The translations under genes and the position numbers were made by a program. The notes below the pieces were generated by a model. It did no database searches. It had not been told where the DNA came from and saw nothing but the letters and a program-made list of their open reading frames with translations. Positions 14,529 through 22,720 of a stretch of DNA of 32,000 bases are shown one piece after another (the stretch's first letter is position 1; the number at the start of each line of letters is the position of its first letter). The stretch lies in assembly GCA_001897305.1 (NCBI GenBank), contig MKSO01000001.1:420001-452000 (forward strand). Direction: 5' to 3'. This DNA comes from Candidatus Saccharimonadota bacterium. GTDB lineage: Bacteria; Patescibacteriota; Saccharimonadia; Saccharimonadales; Saccharimonadaceae.

Positions 14529-15482
14529 ATGTACGAGCGTTTTGTACCAGCGGCTCTAGGCTATTTTGGTGTTCCCTATGACGATATTCTTCCTGTACAA
14601 AAAGGCTATCGCAACGAAATTTATCCTATTGTTCAATCTGGCAAAACCCAACTGCAACTTACCTTTTATAAATCTGAAGAAGGTATAAAAGAACGGATTG
14701 AGCGTGCCGATACAGTTGCAAACTGGGCGGCCACCAAAGGCCTGCCAGCCCGCACTGGGGCTGATGAACGAACACTCGTCTTAACATCTCCCAATCGCAC
14801 TGTCTATGTAGGGTTGTACCATTACTTGCCCGGAGCAACTATTCCGTGGGAGGCCTATACCAAGGAGCATATCAAGCAGCTCGGTAAGTACATGAGCGAC
14901 CTACATGCGGCGCTTGCTTCTTTTGATACCACAGGACACCCTTCGGTAATCGATGAATCTATAGACCTACTTGAACGCATGGTACGGTACTTTGATAGTC
15001 ATGATGTACAGGAAGCAATGCGCCAAAAGCTTAACGTATCGGTTACTATTGATACAAAAATTTTCTTAGCGACATTTCGAAAACTGCGTCAACTGCCAGC
15101 TCAGCAACTCCACATGGACTTCGTACGGGGTAATGTTTTGTTTGAGGGCACCGAAGTTACCGGCATCTTAGATTTTGAGAAAACCGCCCAAGGCCCAGTC
15201 TTCTTTGACGTTGCCAGAACCCTCGCCTTTCTATTGGTTGACTGTAAGTACAAAACGCCCAGTCAAGTACGTAAGTACTTCTTAGTATCTGGGTATGAAA
15301 AGCGTGGTGCCGCCCAGCTGCCTTCCTATTCAGCAACTCTGGAAATACTGGTGCAGTTTTTCTTGCTCCATGACTTTTATAAATTTCTTCGGCATACACC
15401 TTACGAAAGTTTGAAGCAGAACGAACATTTTCAGCGTACACTCTCTATACTGCTCGAGGAGCATGTGCTACACTACACGTAG
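14529..15482 (+). CDS. APH/choline-kinase-fold phosphotransferase (small-molecule kinase, substrate unknown)
   Basis: 317 aa. It has the Brenner motif HMDFVRGN and the metal-binding GILDFE. The ATG abuts the folA stop codon (TAAATG). Confidence 0.75.
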   Translation: MYERFVPAALGYFGVPYDDILPVQKGYRNEIYPIVQSGKTQLQLTFYKSEEGIKERIERADTVANWAATKGLPARTGADERTLVLTSPNRTVYVGLYHYLPGATIPWEAYTKEHIKQLGKYMSDLHAALASFDTTGHPSVIDESIDLLERMVRYFDSHDVQEAMRQKLNVSVTIDTKIFLATFRKLRQLPAQQLHMDFVRGNVLFEGTEVTGILDFEKTAQGPVFFDVARTLAFLLVDCKYKTPSQVRKYFLVSGYEKRGAAQLPSYSATLEILVQFFLLHDFYKFLRHTPYESLKQNEHFQRTLSILLEEHVLHYT

Positions 15483-15504
15483 TTGTTATAAGGGGAAGTG
15501 AACA

Positions 15505-16059
15505 ATGGCAGACTGGAAGAAGCGCCTCGTTTCGCAAAGCGATTTGATGTCGCTTGGCGAACAGATCAAAGCAAAAGGGAAGAAAATTGTGTTTACGGCC
15601 GGCTCGTGGGATCTTATCCACGCTGGCCAGTGCCGTTATATTGAAAAAGCTAAGGCTGAAGGTGACGTGTTAGTGGTAGGTGTGAGTAGCAACGCAGCCA
15701 TTAAGCAAGTCAAAGGCCCCAATAAGCCTATTTTAGATGAAAAGATTCGCGCTGAAATGCTCACCTATCTACGGGCTGTTGATTTTGTAACCATTTTGCC
15801 AGAGCCTAGCTGCGCACCGTCACTCGGGCTGCTACGCCCCGATATCTTCATTACTGTGAAAGAAGACTGGACAGATAACTACAAGCAGTCACGTGAATAT
15901 AAAACAGTCACCAGTTATGGCGGTGAGGTTCAAGTAGTTGATCGTCAGTCTACTTCCCTGTCTACTACTAAAATTGTCCAGCGTGCTATTGGCGGCCACC
16001 TTGGTGAGGTCTTTAAAGACTTCATGGATCTTCGCAAAGAACCTCTAAAAGAAAAATAG
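15505..16059 (+). CDS. cytidylyltransferase-family nucleotidyltransferase (TagD/RfaE-domain-II-like)
   Basis: 184 aa. FTAGSWDLIHAGQCRYIEKAK matches the GxFDxxHxGH signature, but the second His is replaced by Gln. SD AAGGGGAAG lies upstream. Confidence 0.7.
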   Translation: MADWKKRLVSQSDLMSLGEQIKAKGKKIVFTAGSWDLIHAGQCRYIEKAKAEGDVLVVGVSSNAAIKQVKGPNKPILDEKIRAEMLTYLRAVDFVTILPEPSCAPSLGLLRPDIFITVKEDWTDNYKQSREYKTVTSYGGEVQVVDRQSTSLSTTKIVQRAIGGHLGEVFKDFMDLRKEPLKEK

Positions 16060-16063
16060 TCGT

Positions 16064-16585
16064 ATGGATGAAGCCACCCGCAAAAAGCAAATAGCCTACC
16101 GTGATGCCCGGGTGACGGGTAATTACGAGGGTATTTGGCAGTCGGTTGGTAAGTGTGTTTTTTGTGACTTAAAAGACGACTATATTTTATTCGAGGAAAA
16201 CGGCGTTGTGCTTACAATTGTGCTGTTCGCTTACATTGATGGCCATATGATGATCATTCCTCGTCGCCATGTAAAGTCTGTTAAGGAACTTACTCCTTTA
16301 GAATGGGAGACGATGCGCAAGTTTATGTACATTGCCAAAAAGCTGATTCGTGAAGTACATGGTATTAAGGGTATGCAAATTCTTCAAAAAGACGGTGCCG
16401 ATGCCCAAAGTACCGTCGAGCACCTCCATTTTCATACTATTCCATTCGACGCGCCAGACCTTACCACTTGGAATTACCGCCAGTTAAAAAACACCCCGCT
16501 CGAGAACGCTGATTTATACAAAGCTAAGCATGCTGAAATGGTGTCTCTGGCTAAACGGTTTGATAAGAAGTACAGCGATGACTGA
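16064..16585 (+). CDS. HIT-family nucleotide hydrolase/transferase
   Basis: 173 aa. It has the histidine triad HLHFHTIP, plus CVFCDL and GHMMIIPRRHV, which are typical of HIT proteins. Confidence 0.85.
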   Translation: MDEATRKKQIAYRDARVTGNYEGIWQSVGKCVFCDLKDDYILFEENGVVLTIVLFAYIDGHMMIIPRRHVKSVKELTPLEWETMRKFMYIAKKLIREVHGIKGMQILQKDGADAQSTVEHLHFHTIPFDAPDLTTWNYRQLKNTPLENADLYKAKHAEMVSLAKRFDKKYSDD

Positions 16586-17540
16586 GTTTAACTACGATTG
16601 GGCAAAGTTGGCCTTTAGCAGCAAGCGTCCGCTCACTAACCTGAAGGCGACGTTTATTATTGCGCCGCGTGAAATAAGTGAAAAACGCTTTACGCAACTA
16701 CTAAAAGAATACCTTCCAAAGGGAGATATTCTACTGGGTATTTCCAAAGAGGACTACGTCGAAGGCCTGGAAGGTCAGCCACAATTTGCTATGTTGCAAC
16801 AAAAAACATTGCAAAAGCTAATAGACAAAGTGAATGATGCCTCGGCCCATAAGGTGTATACACTGCGTTATTTTCAGCGCGAGTTACCGGCTATAATTGA
16901 AAAACTTACTCCACCACGCGTTGTCGGTATCCATGGTTCGTGGCATCACAGTTTTCATACATTGCCAATTTATTACCTTTTAAGTGAAAAACGGATTCCG
17001 TATCAGCTGGTTGCGGCTTTTAGTGATGAAGATGAAGCCCGTGCCTATGAAGTAGCTACTGACAAGAAGATAGTACGGCCTACTTTGGAAGGTAGTTTCG
17101 ATGATACAACAGTGCTGCAACTTACCGATGAGGTTGCGAAGTCATCTTACGACTATGGTTTTCAGACGGGCGCTATTTTAGCCGAAAAAGTTAATGGTGT
17201 ATACCAACCGGTTGCGGCGGGATTTAATAAGGTTGTACCGTACCAAACCTACGCTTTACTTAATGGCGCCTCCCGCGAAACCAACTTCTCGCCTGCTAAC
17301 GATATGAACCATTACGATACGATTCATGCTGAGATGCAGATTTTGGTCGAGGCTGCCAAGCAAGGTATTTCACTAAAAGATAAGACCTTATTTGTGAACC
17401 TCATGCCGTGCCCTAGCTGTGCCCGAACGCTTTCGCAGACAGAACTTTCCGAAATAGTCTATCGCATTGATCATTCTGGCGGTTATGCAGTCGATTTATT
17501 AACAAAAGTCGGTAAAGACATAAGAAGAATAGTATACTAA
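16578..17540 (+). CDS. dCMP (CMP/dCMP-type) deaminase with a ~185-aa N-terminal domain of unknown function
   Basis: The C-terminal zinc motifs HAEMQIL and PCPSCARTL identify the deaminase. ATG 16578 overlaps the HIT gene's end by 8 nt, and the track's start at 16530 lies inside the HIT gene. I do not recognise the N-terminal half. Confidence 0.8.
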   Translation: MTEFNYDWAKLAFSSKRPLTNLKATFIIAPREISEKRFTQLLKEYLPKGDILLGISKEDYVEGLEGQPQFAMLQQKTLQKLIDKVNDASAHKVYTLRYFQRELPAIIEKLTPPRVVGIHGSWHHSFHTLPIYYLLSEKRIPYQLVAAFSDEDEARAYEVATDKKIVRPTLEGSFDDTTVLQLTDEVAKSSYDYGFQTGAILAEKVNGVYQPVAAGFNKVVPYQTYALLNGASRETNFSPANDMNHYDTIHAEMQILVEAAKQGISLKDKTLFVNLMPCPSCARTLSQTELSEIVYRIDHSGGYAVDLLTKVGKDIRRIVY

Positions 17541-17544
17541 GTAT

Positions 17545-18357
17545 ATGAGTCACCATCCTGAATACGAATATCTGAAGTTGATGGCCGAAATCCTAAAAAA
17601 CGGCAAGTCTAAGCCTACCCGTGGCGTAACTGGTATTAAGTCTATCTTTGGCTACCAAATGCACTTTGATCTTCGTCACGGATTCCCAATGCTTACGACC
17701 AAAAAGATGCCATTTAACATTTTGATGCACGAACTTTTGTGGTTTGTATCAGGTAGTTCGAATATTAAATACTTGCAGGATCATAAGATTCACTACTGGG
17801 ATGAATTTGCCGATAAAGACCTTAACCTAGGGCCTGTCTATGGTGTGCAGTGGCGCCACTGGAAAGGGCCGGACGGTAAAGAGTTCGACCAACTAGCGTG
17901 GGCGATTGATCAAATTAAAAATAACCCGCACTCGAAGGGTATTATCGTTAGCGCCTGGAATGTGGCTGATTTAAAAGAAATGCGCCTTCCCCCTTGCCAT
18001 ACTATGTTCCAGTTTGATGTTACTAAGGGCAAACTTCGCATGCAGCTGTATCAACGTTCATCCGATGTATTCCTTGGATTACCGTTTAATATTGCGCAAT
18101 ATGCGTTGCTATTACAAATGGTTGCCCATGTGACCGGCTTAGAGGCGCGTGAGTTGGTTGTTTCAATCGGTAATGCCCACTTGTATAACAATCACCTCGA
18201 ACAAGCCAAAGAGCAAATTCAACGTACACCGTATGCTTTTCCAAAGCTTAAAATTGTCGGTGATGTGAAGTCGATTGATGACTTTACGCCAGAGAACTTT
18301 GTTATTGAAGACTACGAGGCGCATCCACACATTAAGGCGCCGTTGGTTATTTTGTAG
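17545..18357 (+). CDS. thyA: thymidylate synthase (ThyA type)
   Basis: 270 aa. Motifs include LGPVYGVQWRHW, the catalytic LPPCHTMFQF, QRSSDVFLGLPFNIAQYALL and GNAHLYNNH. Confidence 0.93.
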   Translation: MSHHPEYEYLKLMAEILKNGKSKPTRGVTGIKSIFGYQMHFDLRHGFPMLTTKKMPFNILMHELLWFVSGSSNIKYLQDHKIHYWDEFADKDLNLGPVYGVQWRHWKGPDGKEFDQLAWAIDQIKNNPHSKGIIVSAWNVADLKEMRLPPCHTMFQFDVTKGKLRMQLYQRSSDVFLGLPFNIAQYALLLQMVAHVTGLEARELVVSIGNAHLYNNHLEQAKEQIQRTPYAFPKLKIVGDVKSIDDFTPENFVIEDYEAHPHIKAPLVIL

Positions 18358-19543
18358 CCAACTTGTAGTACGCAGCGGCGTGTTCGCGGCACATGCGCTC
18401 GATGGTAAAACGTTTTTCAAAGTCTTCGCGACACTCTTTCCGTGAAATTCTGTCTATGCTATCAATAGATTCAGCTAGTCCCTGGATTGTTAGACTATCA
18501 TTATCGGACTTATGTACTAATACCCCATTTTTTTCAGTAATAATTTCAGGTATAGCACCGGCATCAAGCCCGATAAGCGGCGTACCACTTGCAAGGGCTT
18601 CAATGAGTACCATACCAAATGGCTCATCAAATAATGAAGGTACCATCAAGGCTTTAGCATTGGCTAAAAATGCATTCTTTTTGTGCATGTCTTTTATGAA
18701 TCCGACATACTCAACAGGGCCACCAATTTCAGGTTCAATATAGGTTTGCCAATAATCATCGTTGCTGACGTCGGCATAGTGCTTGCCGGCAATTTTTAGC
18801 TTCAGAGGCTGAGAAGCTGTTTTGTTATAGTGTTTTACCGCCTTGATAGCAAGATGCAGGCCTTTGGGTTGAACAATGCGCCCTAGGAATGCAATGTAGT
18901 CATTTGCCGGTTGTTCGGCGTGGGTATATTCTCTTTGGCTAAGACCATGGTAGATATTAGCCACCCAGTTAGTATCCTCGGGCATTGTTTGCCGCTGAGC
19001 ATACGACATTGATATCCAATTAAGGTCGGTATACTTTGGAAAGTTATTTTTATATTTTACAAGAAAATTAAAGGGGTCATGATGCGTGAAGACTACTGGC
19101 TTAGTACATAGGCGCGAAAATGGTAGCGCCAGATCTTCTTCATTTGTATATACATGCACGACATCGTATTCGTCGTCGTTGGCGGCTTTAAAAGCCTTAG
19201 CAAGAATTTCAGATTGCACTTGTCGAGCGAGGCCTACAAAGGTGGCTGGGTGCTTCTTTAATAAATCAAGATATGTATCGCCACGTCGTCCAAGCTCAGC
19301 TTCGAAATACGATAAATCAGCGGTTATTACTGGCACGGTTGTATGCACCGGCCCGGGTGTAAATAAGGTGACATCAATCCCCTCTTTTACAAGCCCTTCT
19401 GCAAGCTCAATCGCAAGCTGGCCAGGCGAAAAAATAACCTGGGGCAAGATGTCGCGGTGAATAAATAAATGCGGGACAACTAAAGCAAGTCGTAGCTTAT
19501 TCTTTGGTGTCTTCGTCGAGAAAGCTGAGGTCGAATTCTTCAT
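18347..19543 (-). CDS. GT-B fold glycosyltransferase (family 4-like)
   Basis: 398 aa. It has the C-terminal EX7E region EPFGMVLIEALASGTPLIG. Its 3' end overlaps thyA's by 11 nt, convergently. The ATG at 19543 has no SD. Confidence 0.85.
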   Translation of the reverse strand: MKNSTSAFSTKTPKNKLRLALVVPHLFIHRDILPQVIFSPGQLAIELAEGLVKEGIDVTLFTPGPVHTTVPVITADLSYFEAELGRRGDTYLDLLKKHPATFVGLARQVQSEILAKAFKAANDDEYDVVHVYTNEEDLALPFSRLCTKPVVFTHHDPFNFLVKYKNNFPKYTDLNWISMSYAQRQTMPEDTNWVANIYHGLSQREYTHAEQPANDYIAFLGRIVQPKGLHLAIKAVKHYNKTASQPLKLKIAGKHYADVSNDDYWQTYIEPEIGGPVEYVGFIKDMHKKNAFLANAKALMVPSLFDEPFGMVLIEALASGTPLIGLDAGAIPEIITEKNGVLVHKSDNDSLTIQGLAESIDSIDRISRKECREDFEKRFTIERMCREHAAAYYKLATK

Positions 19544-19589
19544 GTGAAGCGTCTTCGCCGTAGTACCCGTCTGCCTGTGTATCAGTCAT
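19497..19589 (-). CDS. candidate 30-codon acidic upstream ORF overlapping the glycosyltransferase start
   Basis: The translation is MTDTQADGYYGEDASHEEFDLSFLDEDTKE. It is preceded by the only strong SD in the 5' UTR (AAGGGAGA, 5 nt from the ATG). It is out of frame with the GT gene and overlaps its first 47 nt. Confidence 0.3.
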   Translation of the reverse strand: MTDTQADGYYGEDASHEEFDLSFLDEDTKE

Positions 19590-19615
19590 TAGTATCTCCC
19601 TTTTGTATTGCATAC

Positions 19616-19644
19616 AGTATGACAGCGGAGGCAAAGTTTGTCAA
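19616..19644 (-). promoter_or_regulatory. promoter TTGACA-17 nt-CATACT for the uORF/glycosyltransferase transcript
   Basis: On the minus strand, a perfect -35 TTGACA is at 19644..19639, the spacer is 17 nt, and the -10 CATACT is at 19621..19616. Confidence 0.5.
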
Positions 19645-19761
19645 AATAGAAGAAAATAAGCTTGTGCTTTTTGCTACCTCCATGATATACTTACCGCGAG
19701 AACGCGCATAACACCAACACGGTCTTAACAATAAAAACCCTGGTAATGGAGCATCAAAGGC

Positions 19762-20505
19762 ATGATGACGAAACGACAACTTGCACCTCAACAACTAACT
19801 GTTGAACAGGAAGCACCGTCCCCGTCGAAACCAATTACCAATCCTGAAATTGTCCCAAGTGTTAATGAAGCTAAGTCTGTTGAGGGCTCCGGCCCGATTC
19901 CACTACCAGAAACATATCTAGAAGATGGCGTAAACAGAGAAATAAATTCCCTAGAAAACTGGCTGCGTATCAAGGTAAAAGATAATTTAATTGGACAAAT
20001 TATTCGCGGTGAATTCACTTCTGGAGTGGTGAATTTGAAGCAGGTATACGACACAGTGCATGGGCAGCTCGAGTTTGATTCAGCGCGTCATTTTCAAGAG
20101 GCTCAAAGTTTAGAACTCGATCAAATACCTAGGCATCTCTTGAAAAAACCAAAAGAGACAGACAGTGATAACTATGCCTTTTGGCAGCAGCATACCGATA
20201 ACCTATATGCACATGCCGAAATCCATCAAGAAGTGCAGAAGCACATTGATAGGATTAAGGACACCGGCGAAGATAGTCTATATGATTTAGCAGAGCATTT
20301 TGTTGGCGAAATGTTTGAAGCAGCAAAAGATGAGGCGATTGCTATTTTGCGAAAACGACAGAAAGATCTTGAAGACCACCGTGCCAATGACGCGAAAGAA
20401 ATTGCCGCCTTGAAAGAAGTTATACAAGAGATCTCCTTTGTACGTCATGACCAAGAAATGGAAGAATACCTGACAGCTACAAAAGAAATGCCAGTAGCCG
20501 TATAA
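19762..20505 (+). CDS. hypothetical protein (acidic, helical C-terminal half)
   Basis: 247-aa ORF followed by a terminator. No recognisable motif. Confidence 0.65.
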   Translation: MMTKRQLAPQQLTVEQEAPSPSKPITNPEIVPSVNEAKSVEGSGPIPLPETYLEDGVNREINSLENWLRIKVKDNLIGQIIRGEFTSGVVNLKQVYDTVHGQLEFDSARHFQEAQSLELDQIPRHLLKKPKETDSDNYAFWQQHTDNLYAHAEIHQEVQKHIDRIKDTGEDSLYDLAEHFVGEMFEAAKDEAIAILRKRQKDLEDHRANDAKEIAALKEVIQEISFVRHDQEMEEYLTATKEMPVAV

Positions 20506-20520
20506 TCAAGAAACTGAAAT

Positions 20521-20557
20521 AAAATAACCCGCCTATATAAAAGCGGGCTATTTTTTG
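20521..20557. terminator. bidirectional terminator between ORF 19762..20505 and rplA
   Basis: The stem is CCCGC/GCGGG with an AT-rich 10-nt loop. An A-run and a T-run flank it. Confidence 0.6.
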
Positions 20558-20569
20558 CGTAGTTATAAA

Positions 20570-21595
20570 CTAACTTACGAAGTTTTCTACCTTAACGCCA
20601 GGGCCCATAGTAGTGCTGACGGTAATAGTCTTTACGTAGCCACCCTTAAGGCTTGATGGTTTTTGACCCTGGAGGCTTTCGAAGAATGCCTTAGCGTTTT
20701 CAACGAGCTTAGCGTCGCCGAAGCTTACCTTACCAACAGCAAGGTGAACGATGGCCTGCTTATCAACACGGTATTCAACTTTACCGGCTTTAGCTTCAGT
20801 AACAGCCTTGGCAACGTCAGTCGCAACTGTACCGCTCTTAGGGTTAGGCATGAGGCCACGTGGACCAAGCAGACGAGCGTACTTACCAAGCTTAGGCATG
20901 TATTGAGGGGTTGCAACAAGAATGTCGAAGTCGAGGACTTCTTTGTCGAGTTGTGCAAGGAAAGTTTCGTCACCAACAACATCAGCACCAGCATCTTTAG
21001 CTGACTTGTGGTCTGCTTCAGGGGCAAACACAGCAACACGGATTGTTTTACCAGTACCATGAGGCAGGCTCACGGTTGCACGGATGTTTTGGTCGGCTTG
21101 GCGAGGGTCAACGTTCAAACGAACGTGGAGTTCAACGCTGGCATCAAACTTAGAAGGGTTTGTCTCGGCAGCGAGTTTGATAGCATCTTCAAGTGAGTAC
21201 AGTTTTGCAGTATCTACTTTTTCGGCTACCTTGCGGTAGTTTTTGCCACGGCGTTCAAGAATAGGGCGAGTCACTGGCTTTGGACCCTTTTTAACGACTT
21301 CTTCAGAACCGTCTTGTGGGGTGGTGTCACCAGCTTCCTTGCGAAGTTCTTTTTCAACCTTTGCTTCAGCTTCGGCTACTGCTTTAGCAGAACGCTTACC
21401 AGCTTTTGCAAAAGTTTCTTCTTTTTCAGCTACTGCAACTTCAGCTTCGGCGTCAACGACTGCTTCTTCGGTTGTTGGTGCGCTAGCTTCGGCGGCGTTA
21501 GCGATCGCAGCTTCAATCTCTGCAATAGTGTTTTTTTCGCTCACTTCAAGACCAAGCTTTGAAGCTTCTGCGAGTAAATCGGCTTTCTTTGCCAT
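20570..21595 (-). CDS. rplA: 50S ribosomal protein L1 with a ~125-aa N-terminal extension
   Basis: The canonical L1 core starts at [25 protein letters not shown]...LPHGTGK...[13 protein letters not shown]. In-frame upstream sequence from the ATG at 21595 ([31 protein letters not shown] plus an Ala/Glu-rich linker) precedes it. The track's start at 21685 runs into the promoter and leader and is rejected. Confidence 0.88.
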   Translation of the reverse strand: MAKKADLLAEASKLGLEVSEKNTIAEIEAAIANAAEASAPTTEEAVVDAEAEVAVAEKEETFAKAGKRSAKAVAEAEAKVEKELRKEAGDTTPQDGSEEVVKKGPKPVTRPILERRGKNYRKVAEKVDTAKLYSLEDAIKLAAETNPSKFDASVELHVRLNVDPRQADQNIRATVSLPHGTGKTIRVAVFAPEADHKSAKDAGADVVGDETFLAQLDKEVLDFDILVATPQYMPKLGKYARLLGPRGLMPNPKSGTVATDVAKAVTEAKAGKVEYRVDKQAIVHLAVGKVSFGDAKLVENAKAFFESLQGQKPSSLKGGYVKTITVSTTMGPGVKVENFVS

Positions 21596-21673
21596 GTAGG
21601 TATAAACCCTTTCTGTGGTACGAGCGGCTTCGTATTGTACGATAGCCTCCCAACATTGATTTGGTATACCCTT

Positions 21674-21682
21674 ATTATAGCA
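21674..21682 (-). promoter_or_regulatory. extended -10 promoter TGCTATAAT for rplA
   Basis: TGCTATAAT on the minus strand lies about 78 nt upstream of the ATG at 21595. The same 9-mer occurs upstream of rplK. Confidence 0.5.
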
Positions 21683-21757
21683 CAAATTTTATAGAAATAC
21701 CAGTGGATACCCGTTGTGCTTGTGTTAGGTGTAGATAAGCGTATTATTGAGTGAACT

Positions 21758-22720
21758 ATGTCAACGTCTGAATCAATGACTGCTAAAAACACCTTTGATA
21801 TTGTTCGCCCGTTTGCTCAGCAAATATCTGAGCGTCTAGACGTACAAATATTGGGCGGCGTAGGCACTGCTGCCTTAGAAGATCCGCGCTCAGAAATAGA
21901 CTTTTACAGGGGTGAGGTATATACCCCTACTGACATATATCAATCGTCTTTACGTGATGATGGCACACTTCGTGATATTGATGTTCTTTTACTTTCAAGT
22001 GACCCAAATAAGGTTGCCGAACTCGAAGCGGACCTAGAGCAAACTGTAGGCGATGATCTACAAAGAGAGGTCTTTCCGGTACGTCCCTATACTATAATCA
22101 GCGAACAGATGGCCCGACCATTTGGTGGAAGGGTGCTTCGAACGTTTGTATCAGACCGCTATGATAGTGCACCCGGTTCTGACGAAGCGTATATAAAGGC
22201 CCTCTTTCCTTTTGCCGTCCCAATTGATCCCACTTCTTTAATACCCTGGACTGTCATTACTGCCGATGGTACCCGCATTCCTATTCCGAACCCGGGTACA
22301 ACTATTACAAACTACACCAATCGATCTATCAGCGGACTACGGTATAAAGACACCGATAAGATGACCCGTATCGCCCACAGTATGCTTGAAATAGCCCCCG
22401 AGATGCGTGAGTGGATTATGGATGGGCCAGGTGCATCTCAGCTAGAGCTGAGTCGGCTTATCGCTTCACTCCATACCCCTGGACAGGCTAACTATCCGCT
22501 AGTTGATGGTATTACCGTGAACACCTTGACTCATAAACAATTACGGGATAGTGAGCATTTTATGGTACCAGCTATGCCTGGGTTATTGCGCTATGAAGCA
22601 GTTGCTATGGCTGCTTTTAAATCGCGTCGCTTGCGATGGTTTGAAAAGCATGATTGGATTGTCACTAAGTGGCATCAGTACGGTGAGACTCGTGCCGCCG
22701 CAATAGTGAAAAACAGTTAG
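21758..22720 (+). CDS. hypothetical protein; weak resemblance to Pol-beta-superfamily nucleotidyltransferases
   Basis: 320 aa. ILGGVGTAAL ... GTLRDIDVLLL is reminiscent of the hG[GS]...DxD NTase signature, but the spacing is long. TATTAT at 21742..21747 lies 10 nt upstream of the ATG. No SD. Confidence 0.65.
   Translation: MSTSESMTAKNTFDIVRPFAQQISERLDVQILGGVGTAALEDPRSEIDFYRGEVYTPTDIYQSSLRDDGTLRDIDVLLLSSDPNKVAELEADLEQTVGDDLQREVFPVRPYTIISEQMARPFGGRVLRTFVSDRYDSAPGSDEAYIKALFPFAVPIDPTSLIPWTVITADGTRIPIPNPGTTITNYTNRSISGLRYKDTDKMTRIAHSMLEIAPEMREWIMDGPGASQLELSRLIASLHTPGQANYPLVDGITVNTLTHKQLRDSEHFMVPAMPGLLRYEAVAMAAFKSRRLRWFEKHDWIVTKWHQYGETRAAAIVKNS

Noticed and set aside
16530-16577. The ORF-track start (16530) for the deaminase gene.
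   Set aside because: It would overlap the HIT gene by 56 nt. ATG 16578 gives a typical 8-nt overlap and a sensible N-terminus (MTEFNYDW...).
21596-21685. The ORF-track N-terminal extension of rplA (MCYNKGIPNQCWEAIVQYEAARTTERVYTY).
   Set aside because: The extension covers the TGCTATAAT promoter and a leader hairpin, and its sequence is not protein-like. The ATG at 21595 begins a plausible MAKKADLL... N-terminus.
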